Source: an uncultured delta proteobacterium (lineage in GTDB: Bacteria; Desulfobacterota; WTBG01; CAIYCZ01; CAIRTM01). Taken from it: a stretch of 64,000 bases of DNA. Position numbers and translations under genes: made by a program. Below are positions 62,795 through 64,000 of this stretch, piece after piece. Position 1 is the stretch's first letter. The number at the start of each line of letters is the position of its first letter. The stretch is taken from positions 32,001 through 96,000 of the forward strand of contig CAWDSQ010000016.1 of assembly GCA_963804955.1 (NCBI GenBank), written 5' to 3'. The notes under the pieces are model-generated. The model worked only from the letters and a program-made list of their open reading frames with translations, searched no databases and was not told where the DNA came from.

Positions 62795-63442
62795 TTAATA
62801 CAAAAACCTCCCGATGCCCACATAGTGGCAGCCAGCGCCCAAAAACACAAACAGGTGCCAGATCATGTGATGATAGCGCACCGATTGCATGGCATAGAAA
62901 ACGGCGCCAAGGGAGTAGCAGATGCCGCCGGCGAAAATCAGCCAGAACAGGGCAGGGCTGGCATTGCGATAGAAGCTCGGCAGGATCAGCACCACGGTCC
63001 AGCCCATGACCAAATACAGGGTTAAGGATATTTTCGGCCTGGGTGTTCGCGCCAGCGATTTATACAAAATGCCCACCAGCACCATAAACCACTGCACGGA
63101 TAGGATCGCCACAGCCTCCCATCCGCCGATCACCCGCAGCGCAATGGGCGTATAGGAGCCCGCAATGGCAAAATAAATGAAAATGTGATCCAGTATTTTG
63201 AATATTTTCTTGTGGCGCGACTCATGCTCCATGGCATGGTACAGCGTCGACATGAGGAACATCAGGAAAATAGAACTGCAGAAAACAGAAATGCCCGCCA
63301 CATCTGCCGTGGTGCCGTTGCGGTGGGCTGTGATGACCATGGCGGGCATAGAACACAGCACCAGCAAAGCCGCGACGCCATGGGTGACTGCATTGGCGAG
63401 CTCCTCGCCGAAGCTCTGTTTGCGGGCAAGCCACAAATGCAT
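62795..63442 (-). CDS. Hemolysin III / PAQR family membrane protein
   Basis: EELANAVTH, STLYH, LDHIFIYFAIAGSYTP, YLVMGW, HMIWHLFV. Confidence 0.95.
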   Translation of the reverse strand: MHLWLARKQSFGEELANAVTHGVAALLVLCSMPAMVITAHRNGTTADVAGISVFCSSIFLMFLMSTLYHAMEHESRHKKIFKILDHIFIYFAIAGSYTPIALRVIGGWEAVAILSVQWFMVLVGILYKSLARTPRPKISLTLYLVMGWTVVLILPSFYRNASPALFWLIFAGGICYSLGAVFYAMQSVRYHHMIWHLFVFLGAGCHYVGIGRFLY

Positions 63443-63621
63443 GGTGCACTCCGGTATGCTGCATGCGGATACGGCCAGAGATCAATCCCGGCGGATCGCT
63501 TCATCGCATTTAAAAGTCTTTTTCGGGCTGCCGTTTTTATCAAACGGCTCACATGAGAGCATAGCGCCCATGTCCGAAGGCCTTGCTGAACACGAAGGGC
63601 CTTTTTAAAAATCAGGCCCGC

Positions 63622-64000
63622 TTAAAAATCAAACAGACTGTCCATATCCTCATTCTTCACAAGAAACGGCTTATTGTGCGGGGGCAGGGCCTCCGTGTAA
63701 AAAAACGCCGGCAGACGGTCAGCCTCTTTGGCGAGGCCCGCTCTCAGATTAAAATCCCGTTCCGTGAGAAGCACTCTTTTGCCGAGCGCTGCCATGTACT
63801 GCGGGCCGAAGCTTGCGCCGTATTTGGCCTGCAGCATTTCATGCAGCCCTTGCCCCCCCGACGGGATATCATTGAGCGGAAAACCCGCGAACTGGCACAT
63901 GCCCGTGCAGTCTGCCGCGGCAGTATGAATCTGAATGTCGCGCGAGCAGGCCACCTGGCCATCGGGTGACAGGGGGTCGAGCTTGCCGCCCATTGCTTCA
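63622..64000 (-). CDS. aor: C-terminal part of a second aldehyde:ferredoxin oxidoreductase (runs off the window edge)
   Basis: AADCTGMCQF, GKRVLLTERDFNLRAGL, DRLPAFFYTEALPPHN. Confidence 0.85.
   Translation of the reverse strand, partial: EAMGGKLDPLSPDGQVACSRDIQIHTAAADCTGMCQFAGFPLNDIPSGGQGLHEMLQAKYGASFGPQYMAALGKRVLLTERDFNLRAGLAKEADRLPAFFYTEALPPHNKPFLVKNEDMDSLFDF

Overview
Chromosomal window from an anaerobic Gram-negative bacterium. Gene content looks Desulfobacterota/'deltaproteobacterial' (inference). Many core genes (atpA/G/H/F, trkH, sbp) are broken by single-base indels, and 39.5-49.2 kb is densely frameshifted. This most likely reflects uncorrected long-read assembly error, so those genes are reported as reconstructed CDSs. 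The left half is mostly housekeeping: a sigma-54 response regulator, Trk/Ktr K+ uptake, sulfate ABC transporter (sbp-cysTWA), a contiguous F1Fo operon with a short epsilon subunit, radical SAM genes, an RND pump, an RssB/RssC-like pair and secreted repeat proteins. The right half (37.6-64 kb) is a molybdopterin/tungsten-centred redox cluster. It holds moaA with a canonical Moco riboswitch, a JAMM protease, a ChlI/ChlD-like AAA+/VWA pair behind a CRP/FNR-type class II promoter, and a W-aldehyde:ferredoxin oxidoreductase (AOR/WOR) operon. It also holds a FeS+FAD pair, a NuoE / NuoF-GltD fusion / NuoG-N-like module, ThiF + MoaD, a LysR regulator and the 3' end of a second AOR. Best lead: two copies of a compact, compensatorily altered Moco/Wco-riboswitch-like RNA, each fused to an intrinsic terminator. 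They lead the AOR operon (49325-49433) and the NuoEF(GltD)G-like operon (58079-58184). This suggests a co-regulated, possibly electron-bifurcating tungsten oxidoreductase system under a variant riboswitch. No CRISPR array, rRNA, tRNA or intact transposase was seen.
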